In this document: positions 1 to 14,289 of the stretch, piece by piece
Position numbering within the stretch: position 1 is the first letter of the stretch
Layout: each line of letters starts with the position of its first letter
Assembly (NCBI GenBank): GCA_951406725.2
Contig: OX597817.1
Location: 71,734,001-71,798,000, forward strand
DNA length: 64,000 nucleotides
Reading direction: 5' to 3'
DNA from: Octopus vulgaris
Lineage: Eukaryota
Translations under genes and position numbers: made by a program
Notes under the pieces: model-generated
Database searches by the model: none
What the model saw: the letters and a program-made list of their open reading frames with translations, nothing else
What the model was told of the DNA's origin: nothing

Positions 1-450
1 CGAATCAAACTGCTTTGATCTATGCATGTAACTCCCAATAAATGTGTTGAGTGCCCTTCTTTCGTTTGTCTACACACATGTGTGTGTGTTTGTATGTGTG
101 TGTGTGTGCGTGTGTAGGGGGAGAATTCACAAAAAAAAACAAAAGACGAAGACAGGTGGTGTAGACAACAAACAGATGTATTAGTATAACGCTCAGGGAG
201 TGAAAAAAGTCTTTAAAGTTTTGAGTCTACGCTCTTCCACAGAAAAGAACACAGAAAGAAACATGTTTTCGCCCAGTTTTCCTCTATTTTTCCCTCCTCT
301 GTTTAACTGTGTAGCCTCTGTTATCCCATCCGGAACCATCTTAACGGAGGTTATCCAGTCGGCGTTTCTCATCGGTTGTTTAGAAGCATATATTTTATAT
401 TATGAAAATGTATGCATGTATATATACACACACACACACGTACATATACA

Positions 451-533
<83 letters not shown>

Positions 534-552
534 ATATCTATCTATCTATCTA
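451..552. repeat. (TATC)n microsatellite within a larger TA/CA tract
   Basis: Direct reading. Confidence 0.95.
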
Positions 553-556
553 TCTT

Positions 557-590
<34 letters not shown>

Positions 591-872
591 CACATTCATA
601 TATACATATATATACACATATATATATAAATATATATATATACATAGATATATACACACACACACACATATATATATATATGTATATACACACACTCACA
701 CACACGTGAGTGGTGGTGTTGCGCATGCGTGTATACTTATAAACGCAAACATACATGAATGAATGTATATATATGTACGTATGTATGTGTGTATGTGTTG
801 TATTTATGTATGTATTTGCATAACTATATATATGTGTATGGATGTGAGTGTGCGTTTGTTTGTGTCCCTTCT

Positions 873-1135
873 ACTTCAATGAATTAACGGTAGCACAATG
901 TAGTACACACTTTGATATGCGAAATTAATTGCATGTACTGATATAGTAGATATGAAGATATCAATGTTGTCATGAAGATAATTCATTTACGCGAAACTGA
1001 AGTTCTCCTCTGTACTTTAGTAGTTAAAAGTTTAAATGAAAAGAGATTCGCCGACGTCAAGGGTCATTGAGAATTTAAAGTGATAAGATTTTTCGCTATT
1101 CAGAGATGATAGCTTCAGACGTCTACTATTATAAA
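873..1135 (-). promoter_or_regulatory. Copy 1 of a triplicated promoter-like block
   Basis: Homologous to 11500-11840 and 13775-14120; minus strand TGACC...CATTTAAACTTT...TCAGTT. The homology is clear; the promoter role is inferred. Confidence 0.35.
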
Positions 1136-1321
1136 TATTTCAAAGACATATCAAGAGAAACCAGGAGAGATAAATAAATATAAATAAATAAATACACACA
1201 GAATATTTGTGTGTTTGTGTGTGTTTTTTGAGTATGCTTGAATAAGAGAGTAAGTTGTGCAGAGAAAACTTATCGATATATATGTGTGTATGTGTATATA
1301 TATATGTATATATATAAATAC

Positions 1322-1429
<108 letters not shown>

Positions 1430-1883
1430 AAGTATGTATACTTATGCATAGATTAGCGAGGTTATGGACATCCAAGATGAAGCGACAGGATTTATCACCG
1501 AAGATTATAGAACCGGTATAGTCAGTATTGACACTAATTTAGATTTAGGGACACCGTAAATTCCCCTTCCTTGTCCCGTTTTATCTGCAAGACTCGACAG
1601 GAGGGATCTGAATGCTTCATCTCTGGGAACATAACCGACAGCTCTCCTCTACATTCTAATGGATAGATAAGTAAAAGAAATCAAGGGCTAATCTCAATAA
1701 TGCTATATATATATACGACGAAGTTCTTTCAGTGTCCGTTTACCAAATCCACTCACAAGGGTTTAATCGGCCCGAGGCTTTAGCAGCAGTCACTTGCCCA
1801 AGATGCCATGTAGAGGGACTGAACCTGAAATCGTGTGGTTAGGAAGCAAGCTTCTTACCTTCTTACTATACAACACCTGTGCC

Positions 1884-2346
1884 TCAAAATATGCAAAAGG
1901 ATATCCAGAGGTGGTGCACTACGACCGTTTCAAGCGGTTCCATTTAATTGAACAATGCAATCATCACATCAATTTAAATGTAGGGCTATCCGTGCTCTTT
2001 CTTAACAGACACTATTGTCTAGTCTAAAATTTGTTATACAAACATTTTGATAAACAAGACTAATAAATTAAAACTGAACAAGTTATGACCCAAACAGATT
2101 TTTTCCTGATGTCTTAGAAACTTCTAAGCTGAAGTGACTACAGCATGGACTTTGTCTGTCTTATTACCCTCTTAGAGAATTGAAATAAAATTATACAAAT
2201 GTGTCCGACTGATGAAAAAAATTCTATTTATTTATTTATGCAGTTGAGGATAACCCTGCACTTAAATTGATGTAATGATTATATTGCTCAATTAAATGGA
2301 GCCGCTTGAAACGGTCGTACTCTGGATATCCTGTTGCTTATTTTGA
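1884..2346. repeat. About 100-bp inverted-arm element (MITE-like or paired PLE ends)
   Basis: Arms 1884-1991 / 2248-2346; a solo arm at about 34521-34618 follows (TA)n. Confidence 0.75.
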
Positions 2347-2358
2347 TTTTATTCACCT

Positions 2359-2411
<53 letters not shown>

Positions 2412-3189
2412 ATCTAAATATAGGATAAAATCTCTATACGAATTTATCAAGTAGTTAGCGTGAAATGCATGTATGTATGTATGCATGCATGTATGTATAA
2501 TGTATGTATAATGTATGTATGTATGTATGTATGTATGTATGTATGTATGTATGTATGTATAGGGTGAGCACAAGTGTGTACGTACGCCGCTATATGTATA
2601 TATAAATATAAAAAATGGAACATAAACGCAATAGAGGACAATAAAACATTCGGACAGATAGACGGTACAAAGGTGGACAGGAGAAACAATAATTAGGAGA
2701 GGGAAAAAAAGGACGGATCATACGTAGCCTTCTTTCTTCAGTCAAGTTACCAGATGTTATATATGTATATATACACTAGATGTTATATATATATATAACA
2801 GTTACAAAAATATATACATACACACGCACAATCATTTATTATAGTTATGAGTTTACATTAATTTATGAATAACTACAATATGAATGATTGTTGATGTGAA
2901 ACTTAACAATTAAATTCCCTGTAGTCAAATGGATGCATAATCTAATCATATTTCTTTAAAAGCTTCTTAGTATTAATGCGAATCACTACTCGACTTATAG
3001 GGAATTAACGAATTGTATATTATCCCTAAGGTAATACTTGATTAGCGTGTTGTTACTTTAATAGGTATACATTCTATTGTATTGTTAAACTCGGTTTTCA
3101 TATATCGTAATGCTTCAAGCAAACTTCAACACTTATATACACTCGTCTTCCTTCTCCCTTCACCACTCTGTCTGTCTCGTCTCTGTGTG

Positions 3190-3239
<50 letters not shown>

Positions 3240-3342
3240 TGTGTGTTTGTGTGTGTTCGTATGTGTGTGTGTACACATATATACATATATGTAAAATCAC
3301 ATATATATGTATGCACAAATGTTTTTATGCACTTACTCTCTT

Positions 3343-3381
<39 letters not shown>

Positions 3382-4196
3382 CGCACACGCACATTCACAT
3401 ACATACTATTATTTAATTATACATCATGGTATCAAAACTGGTCAGTCAAGAATATCTTATTTAAAAAATATCAGATTAAATTATCCATTGATAAGAATTT
3501 GTAGATTTCTTCTTCGGTCATGTTTCATGCAAGAAATGACTTCAACTTTGTTGTTATTAAGAAAATGCTTTGAAATCATTTACATTTTATACGAGAGAAT
3601 TTTAACAGTGGTTACTAAACGGAAAGTTGTTTATTTTGGATGAAATTATAAAATCTGATGTTATCACAGACATGGCCATTAAGAGAAAATATTCCTTTGT
3701 ACTATAAGCACAAACCTTGAAATTTTTCGGGAGGGGTCTAGTTGATAATATTGATCTCAGAGTTTGGTTGTTACTTATCAATCCCCAAAATATGAAAGCC
3801 ACTTGCAGCTCTTTTGTATATTCATAACAGACAACTTTTCTAATTACCTTTAGATTTTTCTTAACCTCATGATCTCCTTACATCCTCCTCTCTGCACATG
3901 AGAATATGGAGGTGCATACGCAGGCGTGCACACCTAACGGATACTACAGGTACACAGAGAAAATACGCGCGTGTGTATGCAAAGATTTATTGTTAAGCGA
4001 TAAACCACCAGTTTACCTAAAACTACTATGTTCCCCTATTGACCAGAAACTTTATCTGCCATCTACATCTCTTCTTCCTCTTCCTAATAAATTCACATTA
4101 CTACCACACCTAAATTTTCTCCTCCACTTCTCTTCCTGACAATTTGACCTATAAGATTCTCCCCTTTTATTTTCTTTGATTCGGCTTAAATGTATG

Positions 4197-4229
<33 letters not shown>

Positions 4230-4230
4230 G

Positions 4231-5239
4231 ATAAATGTAGAAAAACACAAACTGGGACAAGAACGCAAAACATTTAGAAGACGATACAAAAAAAACGAAC
4301 GGGACATTCGAAGCATTCGATCTTCAGTCAAAAACCGGATCATCTTCGCAATTTCGGCATATTAATTTTGAGATTGCTCCGACCTGGCCAGCCCCAAAGG
4401 AAAATCTAAGCCAAGCGCATTAGATTCCTTGGAAGAAAGCCTCGAATGTATACAAAACAAGGACGGGAACGAATAAGAATACAAAAATACGTAAAAATAA
4501 TAATGATAACACGAATAAGAATACGAAAATACGTAAAAACAATAGTGATAATAATAATAACAAAAACAGGACGTTACAGACAGGTGTCTTTTCGACAGGA
4601 CGGGTGAACTTGAGCTGGCGCATTGAAAAAATTGCCTAAAGGCGAAGAGAGAAAAAAATGTGTCTGGCTATACGGCTGTTGATCACGAAAAGGCAGGACA
4701 GCTGTCCAAAAGTTAGTCACGTGTGAGCGGGACAGAGGAAGAGAGAAAAAAAGGGAACAAGGAACAAAGGAAGAGGAGGAGGAGGAGGAGGAGAGAGAGA
4801 GAAAGAGACGGGTCAAAGTGGAGTGCAAAGTGTGATAAGCAGAGAAATGTAGGAGAGGGAGAGAGACAGTGTTGTAGAGTCGTACCATGTATTAGAGAAA
4901 AAATGTATTTCACATAAAATATCAAAAAGGGGGTACGGGCGTCGCCATATAAAATATAAATGTAAAAAAACACAAACTGGGACAAGAACGCAAAACATTT
5001 AGAAGACGATACAAAAAAACGGACGGGACACTCGAAGCCTTCGATCTTCAGTCAAAAACCGGATCATCTTCGCAATTTCGGCTGATTAATTTTGAGATTG
5101 CTCCGACATGGAAAATCTAAGCCAAGCGCATTAGATTCCTTGGAAGAAAGCCTCGAATGTATACAAAACAAGGACGGGAACGAATAAGAATACAAAACAA
5201 GGACGGGAACGAATAAGAATAAAAAAATACGTAAAAATA

Positions 5240-5243
<4 letters not shown>
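4231..5243. mobile_element. (TA)n-flanked non-autonomous element with about 280-bp terminal direct repeats (period 725)
   Basis: 4231-4505 matches 4956-5243; (TA)n on both sides; no credible ORF. Confidence 0.75.
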
Positions 5244-5282
<39 letters not shown>

Positions 5283-5839
5283 TGAGCAACCATATATTTA
5301 TTTATTTATTTATTTATCTACAGATGACATAGTAAATGACCCTCAGCCTTATATTCACAAAGACTTTCCTCTTGTCATCTTCGATCTAACCAGAATCCCC
5401 CCTTCCCCCCTTCTTAACAACTTTCGACATTTGCCCACTCCCATATCTTACTTCGTACATATGTCTTTCGTTTTTGTTCTCAGACTCCATGCTTTCCACT
5501 CATTTGCGATCAAATCTGCAGCCAGTTAACTTGGGAGCTCTTGACGGCAATGTAATCTCCATTTAACTAAGGTATCTTCGGTCTGATGAGTGACATACAG
5601 CGTATGAAAATAGTAATTATTTTGTTGCTATATTTTATACCATTGTAACACCAAAAGGATATTTTGAGAAAATATCATTTTTGTCAACTCGGACAATGAA
5701 CTCCAGCAACTTAATAGATGTACCTACTGACCCCGATTACTTCTTAATACATTGAGGGTATGCTTGATTTGAATGACGTCAAACCAGAGAACTCATTGGT
5801 CAAAATTGGTAAACAAACCTCAGTTAAACATCCATTAAT

Positions 5840-6059
5840 ACCTATTTCTTTATTACCCACAAGGGGCTAAACACAGAGGGGACAAACAAGGACAGACATA
5901 GGTATTAAGTCGATTATATCGACCCCAGTGCGTAACTGGTATTTAATTTATCGACCCCGAAAGGATGAAAGGCAAAGTCGACCTCGGCGGAATTTGAACT
6001 CAGACGAAATACCGCTAAGCATTTCGCCCGGCGCGCTAACCACTCTGCCAGCTCGCCGC
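5840..6059 (-). mobile_element. tRNA-derived SINE family 1
   Basis: Head ggcgagctggcaga...gagttcaaattcc (A/B-box-like) and gcctttcatcctttcggggtcgataaa core. Further copies at about 35430-35662(-), 39860-40055(-), 40596-40833(-), 49502-49705(+), 50002-50215(+). Confidence 0.85.
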
Positions 6060-6624
6060 ATATCGCCCGTAGAATTGAACGTATGAACATAATCTACCCG
6101 ATGTCCATGGATACTACGGAGTGTACTGTATGTAAGCATCCAAGGAATACGGACTATGATCTTAAAAAACATGATTTCTGGAAACGAGCGTAGCGATCCA
6201 TTAAAATATTTATAGACACCATCCATGGATTATTATCATTATTACTATGTGTGTGTGCGTGTTTGCATCTATTCTTAAATAAGTATGTTGTTGATAGGAA
6301 CTTCGAAAATTCGGATAGCTAAGCAATCAGAAGATGGCTTAGCTACCCGAAACAACCAATTCACTTTCAACATAGTTCTTGTTTAAGAATACTAAATTTG
6401 TACTCTACATAAGTATAAAATAACCCATCAGATTAATATAAAATAGTCTTTATTATATCTGAATACATAAACAAACATTAATATATATGTATATATCACA
6501 TACATACATAGATACATACATACATACATACATACATACATACATACATACATACATACATACATACATACATACACATATACATACACACACACATACA
6601 TACATACATGTATACATACATACA

Positions 6625-7140
6625 TATGATTTGGAATAGAGAAGAAAACTGCGCACAGTTGTGGAAATTAGGTGAAGATCAATGAAAAAGGAAACACCTA
6701 TGCTGAGCTATTGAGAATCTGCAGTTATTCTATCCAGATTACAATTTCAGATTTATACCTGTAATTATTAGGGACTAAATTGCAATCTTGAGAAATTAGG
6801 CTTCTCAAGATCAGAAAGGAGAAAGCTAATTCGAAGATTAAAGATCCAATCCATCACTGGAACTGTAAAAATCTGTAAAACTTTTCAGAAGTTTATCATT
6901 TAAGTATATATGAGCATGTCTAGATATGTAACTATATGCATGAGAATACATACATGATACATACATACATACATACATACATGCATACATACATACATAC
7001 ATGCATACATACATACATAACGAACAAAATACCCTGTTGTTGATGTTGAAATTCCAATGAAGGAACCTTGGAGCTAGGTTAGAAACCGGTTCTTTCTCTA
7101 TTGACAAGAAATCTTGAAATAAACTGAATAATGACATACA
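6625..7140 (+). mobile_element. 5'-truncated RLE-type non-LTR retrotransposon in (TACA)n
   Basis: Frameshifted KINEK..TYAELLR..FYPDYNFRFIPVII...LEKLGF...QSITGTV C-terminus, then 3' UTR; (TACA)n flanks. Confidence 0.7.
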
Positions 7141-7272
7141 TGCATACATATACTTCTCGCTCAGTGAATTAAAACTAATTTTTTTGTCTTTACGAGATCA
7201 GTAACTGTGTGTCACTTTAAAAGTATATACCTCGAGCAAGGCCTAAGGCTGCCATCTCTAGCCAACGGTTAT

Positions 7273-7317
7273 CCTGTGCCGATGAAGAGAAATAACTCAG
7301 AAACCATGGTGTACAGG
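7273..7317 (+). ncRNA. Type I hammerhead-like motif (variant core, GUG at cleavage site)
   Basis: cctgtg-CCGATGA-aGAGaaataaCTCa-GAAAC-catg-GTG-tacagg, enclosed by a 16-bp outer stem 7226-7241/7350-7365. Confidence 0.6.
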
Positions 7318-7504
7318 TACCACTTAAGACTGTGTGGGGACATTAGCCCCCTTGTTCGAGGTATAAGGATGCAGTTGTGCATCGGTAGCCACCTGGAAAA
7401 AATGTTTTCCTGAGGCTGAAAAAAAAGGTAGTAGCATAGTTCTAATCAGGACTGCTGCTGTCACTTTACGTCGGCAAATAGATTTTACTATAAAGATATA
7501 TATA

Positions 7505-7670
7505 TTTTCGCTTTTGCATATTACGAGAGCATACTATTACTGTCTGAAATTTGACGTAGTCGGTATCAAAGATAGACATTTATTTGAAGCACCGGCACAG
7601 TTCATTAATTTAATAATTTATTAATATATATACATATATACATATATATATATGTATATATATGTGTATA

Positions 7671-7721
<51 letters not shown>

Positions 7722-7858
7722 ATATATTAATAAATTATTAAATTAATGAACTGTGCCGGTGCTTCAAATAAATGTCTATCTTTGACGGTGTGGCACCGAC
7801 TGACGTCAAATTTCCAGACAGTAATAGTATGCTCTCGTAATATGCAAAAGGCGAAAGT
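7505..7858. repeat. About 120-bp inverted arms around a central (TA)n tract
   Basis: 7505-7625 is the reverse complement of about 7724-7858 with small indels. Confidence 0.85.
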
Positions 7859-8199
7859 ATTTATGAAACCGTTTGGTTAATGAGGCGGTAACTTAGTTAG
7901 AAGGTGCCACAATTAAGAACGCGTTTCAAGTAGTTAATCATGAGTGACCCAAATTGATGTTGAATACATTCACTGACATAAAGAACGAAATTAATATTAG
8001 ACATTTTTGAATATAAATTTACCAGCGTTATATAAATATAAAAGGGCATTTAATGTAGCAGGATTGACAATTTATTTTAGCCATTTTACGTCAGATTTTC
8101 AACCTGATACCACCAATGGTTCTGTTTTACTTGGTGAAGTCCATCAAGAAAAGTAAGCAACGAAATTGTGATTTTTCAAATTTATTTAAATTATGTTTC

Positions 8200-9600
8200 C
8201 CTATAAATTTAGAATGGATATATGCGTAACAGAAGAGAATACAATCTATAACTATTACTTTCTTCGAGAAAAACTGAAAAATTTGGAGTGCTATGACAAG
8301 TTATCCAAAACGAGTCAGCTCTGTGCTATTATTCCTTTAAAAAATTCACAACCATAATTTTGTAAGATTAAAAATATAAGATCTGGTATTGAAAATCAGA
8401 ATTCACTACAGAGACCATCGATCGTAAGAGAGTATACTATGGTGAAGATAGTCCAAACCAGCATTTAAAATTTTGCTGGTCAATGCTAGCGAAAAGAATG
8501 CGTTAGTTAATGAACAACAGATGCATAAAAAGCAGAAGAATTAGTTAAAGAAAAGGTCAAATCAACTGATTTATGGTTCGAGAAATAGGTGGGTGAACAT
8601 TGTGTACAAACGTGTGGAAAACAGCGATGATCTTATTAGCTGAAGTATAGGTATTTCTTATGAAATATTTGCATTAGAATATTTAATATGCAGACAATGT
8701 ACGACTATTATTTTTCGTGTAATACCCTGGCTTAATTTATTTGCTTGAAAATGAAAATTCTAAAAGATTTAAATCTGCAACGGAGTGAGAGAATTTTTAT
8801 GAAGACAGAAATAAAATCTTCTATTGATTGAGAATAAGAAAAATTCCCGTGGTTATACGAGTGTTAAAAAAATTTACTTCTTTATTACTGTTCTAATGCA
8901 AATGCATGCGTAGCAGCAATTATTTTTTGTAATTGGTTATTTAAATGCAACTGAAGCGAAAAAATATCTTGTTAACTGAAAATGATATGGCGCAAAGAAA
9001 TAATTTAGTAATAACACAGACGCAGTTATTTTGCATCAAATACTACATGTGTTAGTTCAAATACATCATGTGATGAAAATATAATACGAAATTTGAAGGT
9101 AACTGAAACTCGATGGTATTCAAAACCAGTCTGATGTAAATGAAAATGCAAAATGAATTTTACTTCTTACTGTATTGAATATACTATCAATGTCATGGAA
9201 AGAAAACTTAGAGAAGATAACCGAAAATTATTTAAAATAGCATATTTGCTAAAATTAGAACAGGAACTCCAGTTAGCCAAAACTCAGAGTTTATTACAAA
9301 TGAAATATTTGATAGAATCCTTGACTATGTTAAGAAAAGACAAAATTTGAAAATTGGTTGGGTATTTATTGACGAAACTGTTGGAGTGGAAACAACAATG
9401 TGAGCATCGGAAATATATCAAGCTATTACTGATGTAGACTTCATCTGTAAAGAATAAACCATATCAAGAAGAATACAAATCAGAAGTTCCTTCAATCAAT
9501 GCTAAGATACGAAAAGCTCTGGAAATGCTCTGCCTTACATCTTTGAATAGATGACAAGAATTTTAAAAATAATGTGCGCAATAGTAATTTATTTTTAACA
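8200..9600 (+). mobile_element. Possible decayed pogo/Tigger-like transposase
   Basis: Only scattered motif remnants (REKL...YDKLSKTSQ, LWF, DET); no continuous ORF; boundaries approximate. Confidence 0.3.
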
Positions 9601-11499
9601 AATCCTAAATACTGATTTATTGATCAACAATGACTAATTTATCTTAATCAAAATGTTGAGTATCGTTTGGTCAGGGTTGTTCATGCCTCTGTAAATGTCT
9701 GTACGGGCCTCGACAAGATTTGTTTTAAAGCAGAGTGACAGTTATTTACGTTTGAAAGTATCTCTTATGTCATCGATGTTTATCCCAGCAAAAGTCGCCA
9801 ACATAGGAGAAGACAACAGCATAGAGACTCAATCTACTAGAAATAGCAGCTAAACTTCCTAAAATCATACAACCTACAGTCTTATAAAAGAGAATAACAC
9901 AAATAATGTTAGACAAACTATATTTGAAACAGAAAGAAAAATATAACGGGTTGTCTGAAGACTTTTGCCAGATGACTGCTTCATAGACCTACAGCTAAAT
10001 AATGACTGCTTCTTAGACCTACAGCTAAATAACACTAGTAACATTGATTCGTTCAATGTTTCGAATAGTAGTTCTACTTATTAGTGTGTAATAAAACTAC
10101 CAAAGGTATTTAAAATAGAGAATTTCAATTTCATTTGCCGCTATCTTCATTCTAGCTTTTGGCTGAAGCAGTTAAAATATCACCAAAACATCTCTAGTGC
10201 TGAATTCCATAACAGCTATTAATGATCTTGGTATTACATGTATTTTCACGTTAATTAACTTCAGAAAGATTAATTAAAGTAACCTCTTCATATCGGGATC
10301 AAAAGTTTTTACTCGAGCAATGGCTACTTGTAGCTCCCCTTCTTGCACTTTGATCTTTCTTTCACTTACTTTGGAGCATAAATCAGTTTAATTAAAGCTT
10401 TCTTAATTTCGGAAAACAAGCCAGTTTCTTATTTATGCATGCGTGCGCGCGCACATGCACAAATGCACACACATGCCAAAACACACTGACTTAACACTGA
10501 CACACAAACACCCTCAGAATGCACATACAAAACATACAAACATATATGACATTAAAAAAATATATAGCTAAATGTTTGTATGTATGTATATATATATATA
10601 TATATAGATATATATATATGTGTGTGTGTGTGTGTATACATATATAGTCTTTTATTTTTTTGTTTGTCACTTGATGGCAGCCATGCTGGAGCACCACCCT
10701 AAAGGTTTTTGGGTTGAATAAATAGACCCTAGAACTTACTCTAGTGCTTATTCTATTGGTTTCTTTTTCCGAGCTGCTAAGATACGGGGACATAAACGCA
10801 ACAACATCGGCTGTCAAGCGATCGTAGGGGGGGGGGCGCCTAACACAGACACAAACACACACATAAATTTATACATCTAAAAATAAAGGACGGGCTTCTT
10901 TCAGTATCCATCTACCAAATCTACTCACAAGGCTTTGGTCGGCCTGAGTCTATAGTAGAAGACACTTGCCTAAGGTGCCACGCAGTGGACAGAACCCAGA
11001 ACCATGTGGTTGGGAAACAAGATTCTTGCCACACAGCCACGCCTATATTTACACCGCTAAACCTATTGGGTATTTAAGTAATGCGTTCGAGGATAGTCGA
11101 AAGTTGGATGTGATCCTGATAAAAGAGCAATAACTCTTGAAATATGCATATACACCTGTCATGTATTCTATCACATTCTTTACAAAGGCGTACTGTTATA
11201 CTAAACGTTGTAACTTTTAGTACTGTCTCTGAACTAAAAAAAATCTGTAGATACGCGCATTCGTGCATCTCACTCACAATGTATACCGCAGGAGCTGGTG
11301 AATATGGATGTAAACATTTGTCAAAGAAGGTATTTGAACAATAATACCTTTTGCAGTATTAGTTTCGCTCAGGTTGCAGAGATGCTCAGTACTCATTCAT
11401 TCCATCGCAAACGATATGAACCAGTGACTAGGCCGTTTCAAAATTCTAACCAACGACGATCTTGTAGATGGATAAATATATATGCCGTCTTATCCCAAT

Positions 11500-11840
11500 T
11501 CACTCACTGTGCATGATTATCTGCGTATCTTTAACATATCAACGAGAAGCGACTTTTTATGAGAAGAATATGTATTCTATTGCTTCAATAAAGCAAAACT
11601 AGTATAATGTAGAATCCACTTTGATATGAGAAATTAATTGCATCCAGAGTTATTTGTGCTATTGAGAATGTTGTCATCAAGACAATGCATCTGTTTGAAA
11701 CTGAAAAATCTCTTTCTATTGAAGCTGTTTAAAGTTTAAATGAAAGAGATTCACCAACGCCAGCGGTCATTCACAATTTAAAACGGTAAGACTTTTCGTT
11801 ATTTACGATAACGAATGGTAACTTGATTTCTATTATAAAT
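11500..11840 (-). promoter_or_regulatory. Copy 2 of the triplicated promoter-like block
   Basis: TTTAAA about 30 nt upstream of TCAGTT on minus; candidate donor gtgagt near 11507. Confidence 0.35.
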
Positions 11841-12058
11841 TGAGATGTAATAAAGTACTGTGTATAGAACGCATGAAGTATGGGGTGGAGTAGAGGACAA
11901 AGAAGGGGCGATAAACAAATACATAGATCTATGACAAACAGAAATGGAAAAAGAGTGAATCTGCATGTATGTACGTAGATGTTTTTGTGAGAGATTTAAT
12001 CAGATTAAGTTAGAAAATATGCACACACACACACGTACATACATATACATATGTATGC

Positions 12059-12090
<32 letters not shown>

Positions 12091-12287
12091 TTTTTTTCTT
12101 ATACAAGAATGTTAAAAGTGACTTCGATGTTTCGACCAGCTAAGCCATCATCAGTTTAGTTGGCCGGAACTTCGAAGTCACTGTCCACAATAGTTTTGTA
12201 TAAGAACTTGTACTCTAAAAAAGTATAGAATACCCATCAGATTATTGTAAAATTGTTTTAATTACCACTGAATATGAACATAAACAT

Positions 12288-12342
<55 letters not shown>

Positions 12343-13255
12343 TGTATATATTCATACATAAATATATGTATACATATATGTGTATGTATGTATTTGCATG
12401 TATACACAAACATATAACATGTACATACTTTCATATTTTTCTAGTTTCAGTAACTGAACTGTGGATACAGTAGAGTACCGCCTTCATGGGTTGTATACGT
12501 CCATGTCAGCTTCAGAGTATCTTTGGTATCTATTGCACCTTTTTTTTTCGCTGGACTGCTCAGTTACAGGACTGTGAACAAACCAAGATTGGTCGTGAAG
12601 TTTTGCCTCACAAACAAGCGCGTGCACACAAGTATTCATGCGGACACGCACACAAACACATGAACACACACCCCCACACACACACACAAACATGCACCCA
12701 TATATATGTTTGATATATATATTAAATGCAAGCAGGATAAATTGTATATGTATATATGTATATGTATATAAGGGTGTATGTATGTGTGTGTGGGTGTGCT
12801 TGTGTGCGCACGCATGCGTGTGAATATACATACATTTATAGCTAGTGGATTCTATTGGCAAACATATCACTTATTCATAAACCACTGCCATCACTCAGCC
12901 CTTAGCTACTCTAAGATGTAACATGCTATCATTTCCACTCTTTCTACAGTAAAAGATTTAAACTGTGCCGCGTGAAAACACCATAAACATCAGGTGACAT
13001 ACCTTATGACCGTTTCCCCACTAGCATACCAGTGTATATATATATATATACGATTATAAATTCATGTAGACACATGTGAGTATATTTATGCGTGCACATG
13101 TGTGTATAAACTGATGCGTATACAGGTGTTTTTGTACTTTAATATTTATACATTATGCACATGCATTAATATGTACCAGCACGTATTAATTTATATATAG
13201 ACTTATGTGGTTGTATGTGTGTATACAAAAGTGTTAGATTCTTATATATCATATA

Positions 13256-13319
<64 letters not shown>

Positions 13320-13367
13320 CTCTCTTTATATATATATATAGCTTCCGCTCTCTCTATATATATACAT

Positions 13368-13398
<31 letters not shown>

Positions 13399-13774
13399 GT
13401 TGGAATTTACAAAACAACAAAGAAAACAAAAGACGAAGACGGGCGTGTAAACAACAGATATATTAGTTTAACACTCGGGAAGTGAGAAAGTCTTTTACGT
13501 TTCGAGCCTACGCTCTTCAATATAAAGGAACACAGAAATAACTAGTGAGAGAAATTAAAAGAGAGTAGTTCTGGATATATTTATGCTTCTGTGTTTGTCA
13601 ACAGATTGTAAGTCTATGTTCATTAATCGGTATGTTACAAACTAAACTTGCTACAAGTTATGTAAATTAAGTTTAAGGAAAGAAAAAATAAACTCTCGAA
13701 AAATTCGGTACCCGGGCAATGTCAGGTACAACCACTATTAAATAATTATATAACATTCACGTTAATACATATAG

Positions 13775-14120
13775 GTTACTTAGTCTCTGTATCATTGTGT
13801 GTGTATCATTAACATATAGATGTGAAACTTGATTTTATGGGAATAGTAAACTTTCTGTACTTCAATAAAGTAAAACTAGTCTAACACAGAATCTGCTTTC
13901 ATATAAGAAATTTATTACATGTAAAGATATCTGAGATATAGCGATATACGGCACTACATGTCGTCAAGTTATCGTATGCTTGTACGAAACTGGAATTCTC
14001 TCTACTTGAGCAGTTTAAAGTTTAAATGAAAGAAAATCAGCAACCTCTCGGGTCATATAGAGTTTAAAATATTATAACAATAAGATTTTCGGTTTAAGAA
14101 ATAACGGATTCATATTATTT
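13775..14120 (-). promoter_or_regulatory. Copy 3 of the triplicated promoter-like block
   Basis: Shares ttcaataaag.aaaactagt, gaaactg, gtttaaagtttaaatgaaaga and ggtcat blocks with copy 2. Confidence 0.3.
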
Positions 14121-14289
14121 CTTTTATAGGCGGAAATGCAAGGAAACTACTTCAAAGAGACAATGAAGAAAGCTGGAATGAAAGAAGAGAAAGTTAACTA
14201 AATAAGTATATAAATAGAGAAGCTGACTTCTTGAGAGAGAGAGAGTGATAGAAAAGTAAAAGTATGCGTGTATATATATATATATAAGG

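Noticed and set aside
5583-5615. CTGATGA...GAAA motif
   Set aside because: Stems I and III cannot be formed convincingly.
5640-5708. Minus-strand CWSS...candidate ECL2/TM5 exon
   Set aside because: Weak acceptor, wrong end phase, no TM5 proline.
9973-10032. 30-bp tandem duplication, considered as CRISPR-like
   Set aside because: Two adjacent copies with no spacer, in a SINE tail, in eukaryotic DNA.
11615-11682. Possible pre-miRNA hairpin in the triplicated block
   Set aside because: Pairing is too interrupted and not preserved across the three copies.
13490-13525. TTGAAGA-GCGTAGGCTC-GAAAC motif on minus in a repeat also present at about 117-262
   Set aside because: GAC instead of a GUH triplet and no stem I; at most a remnant.
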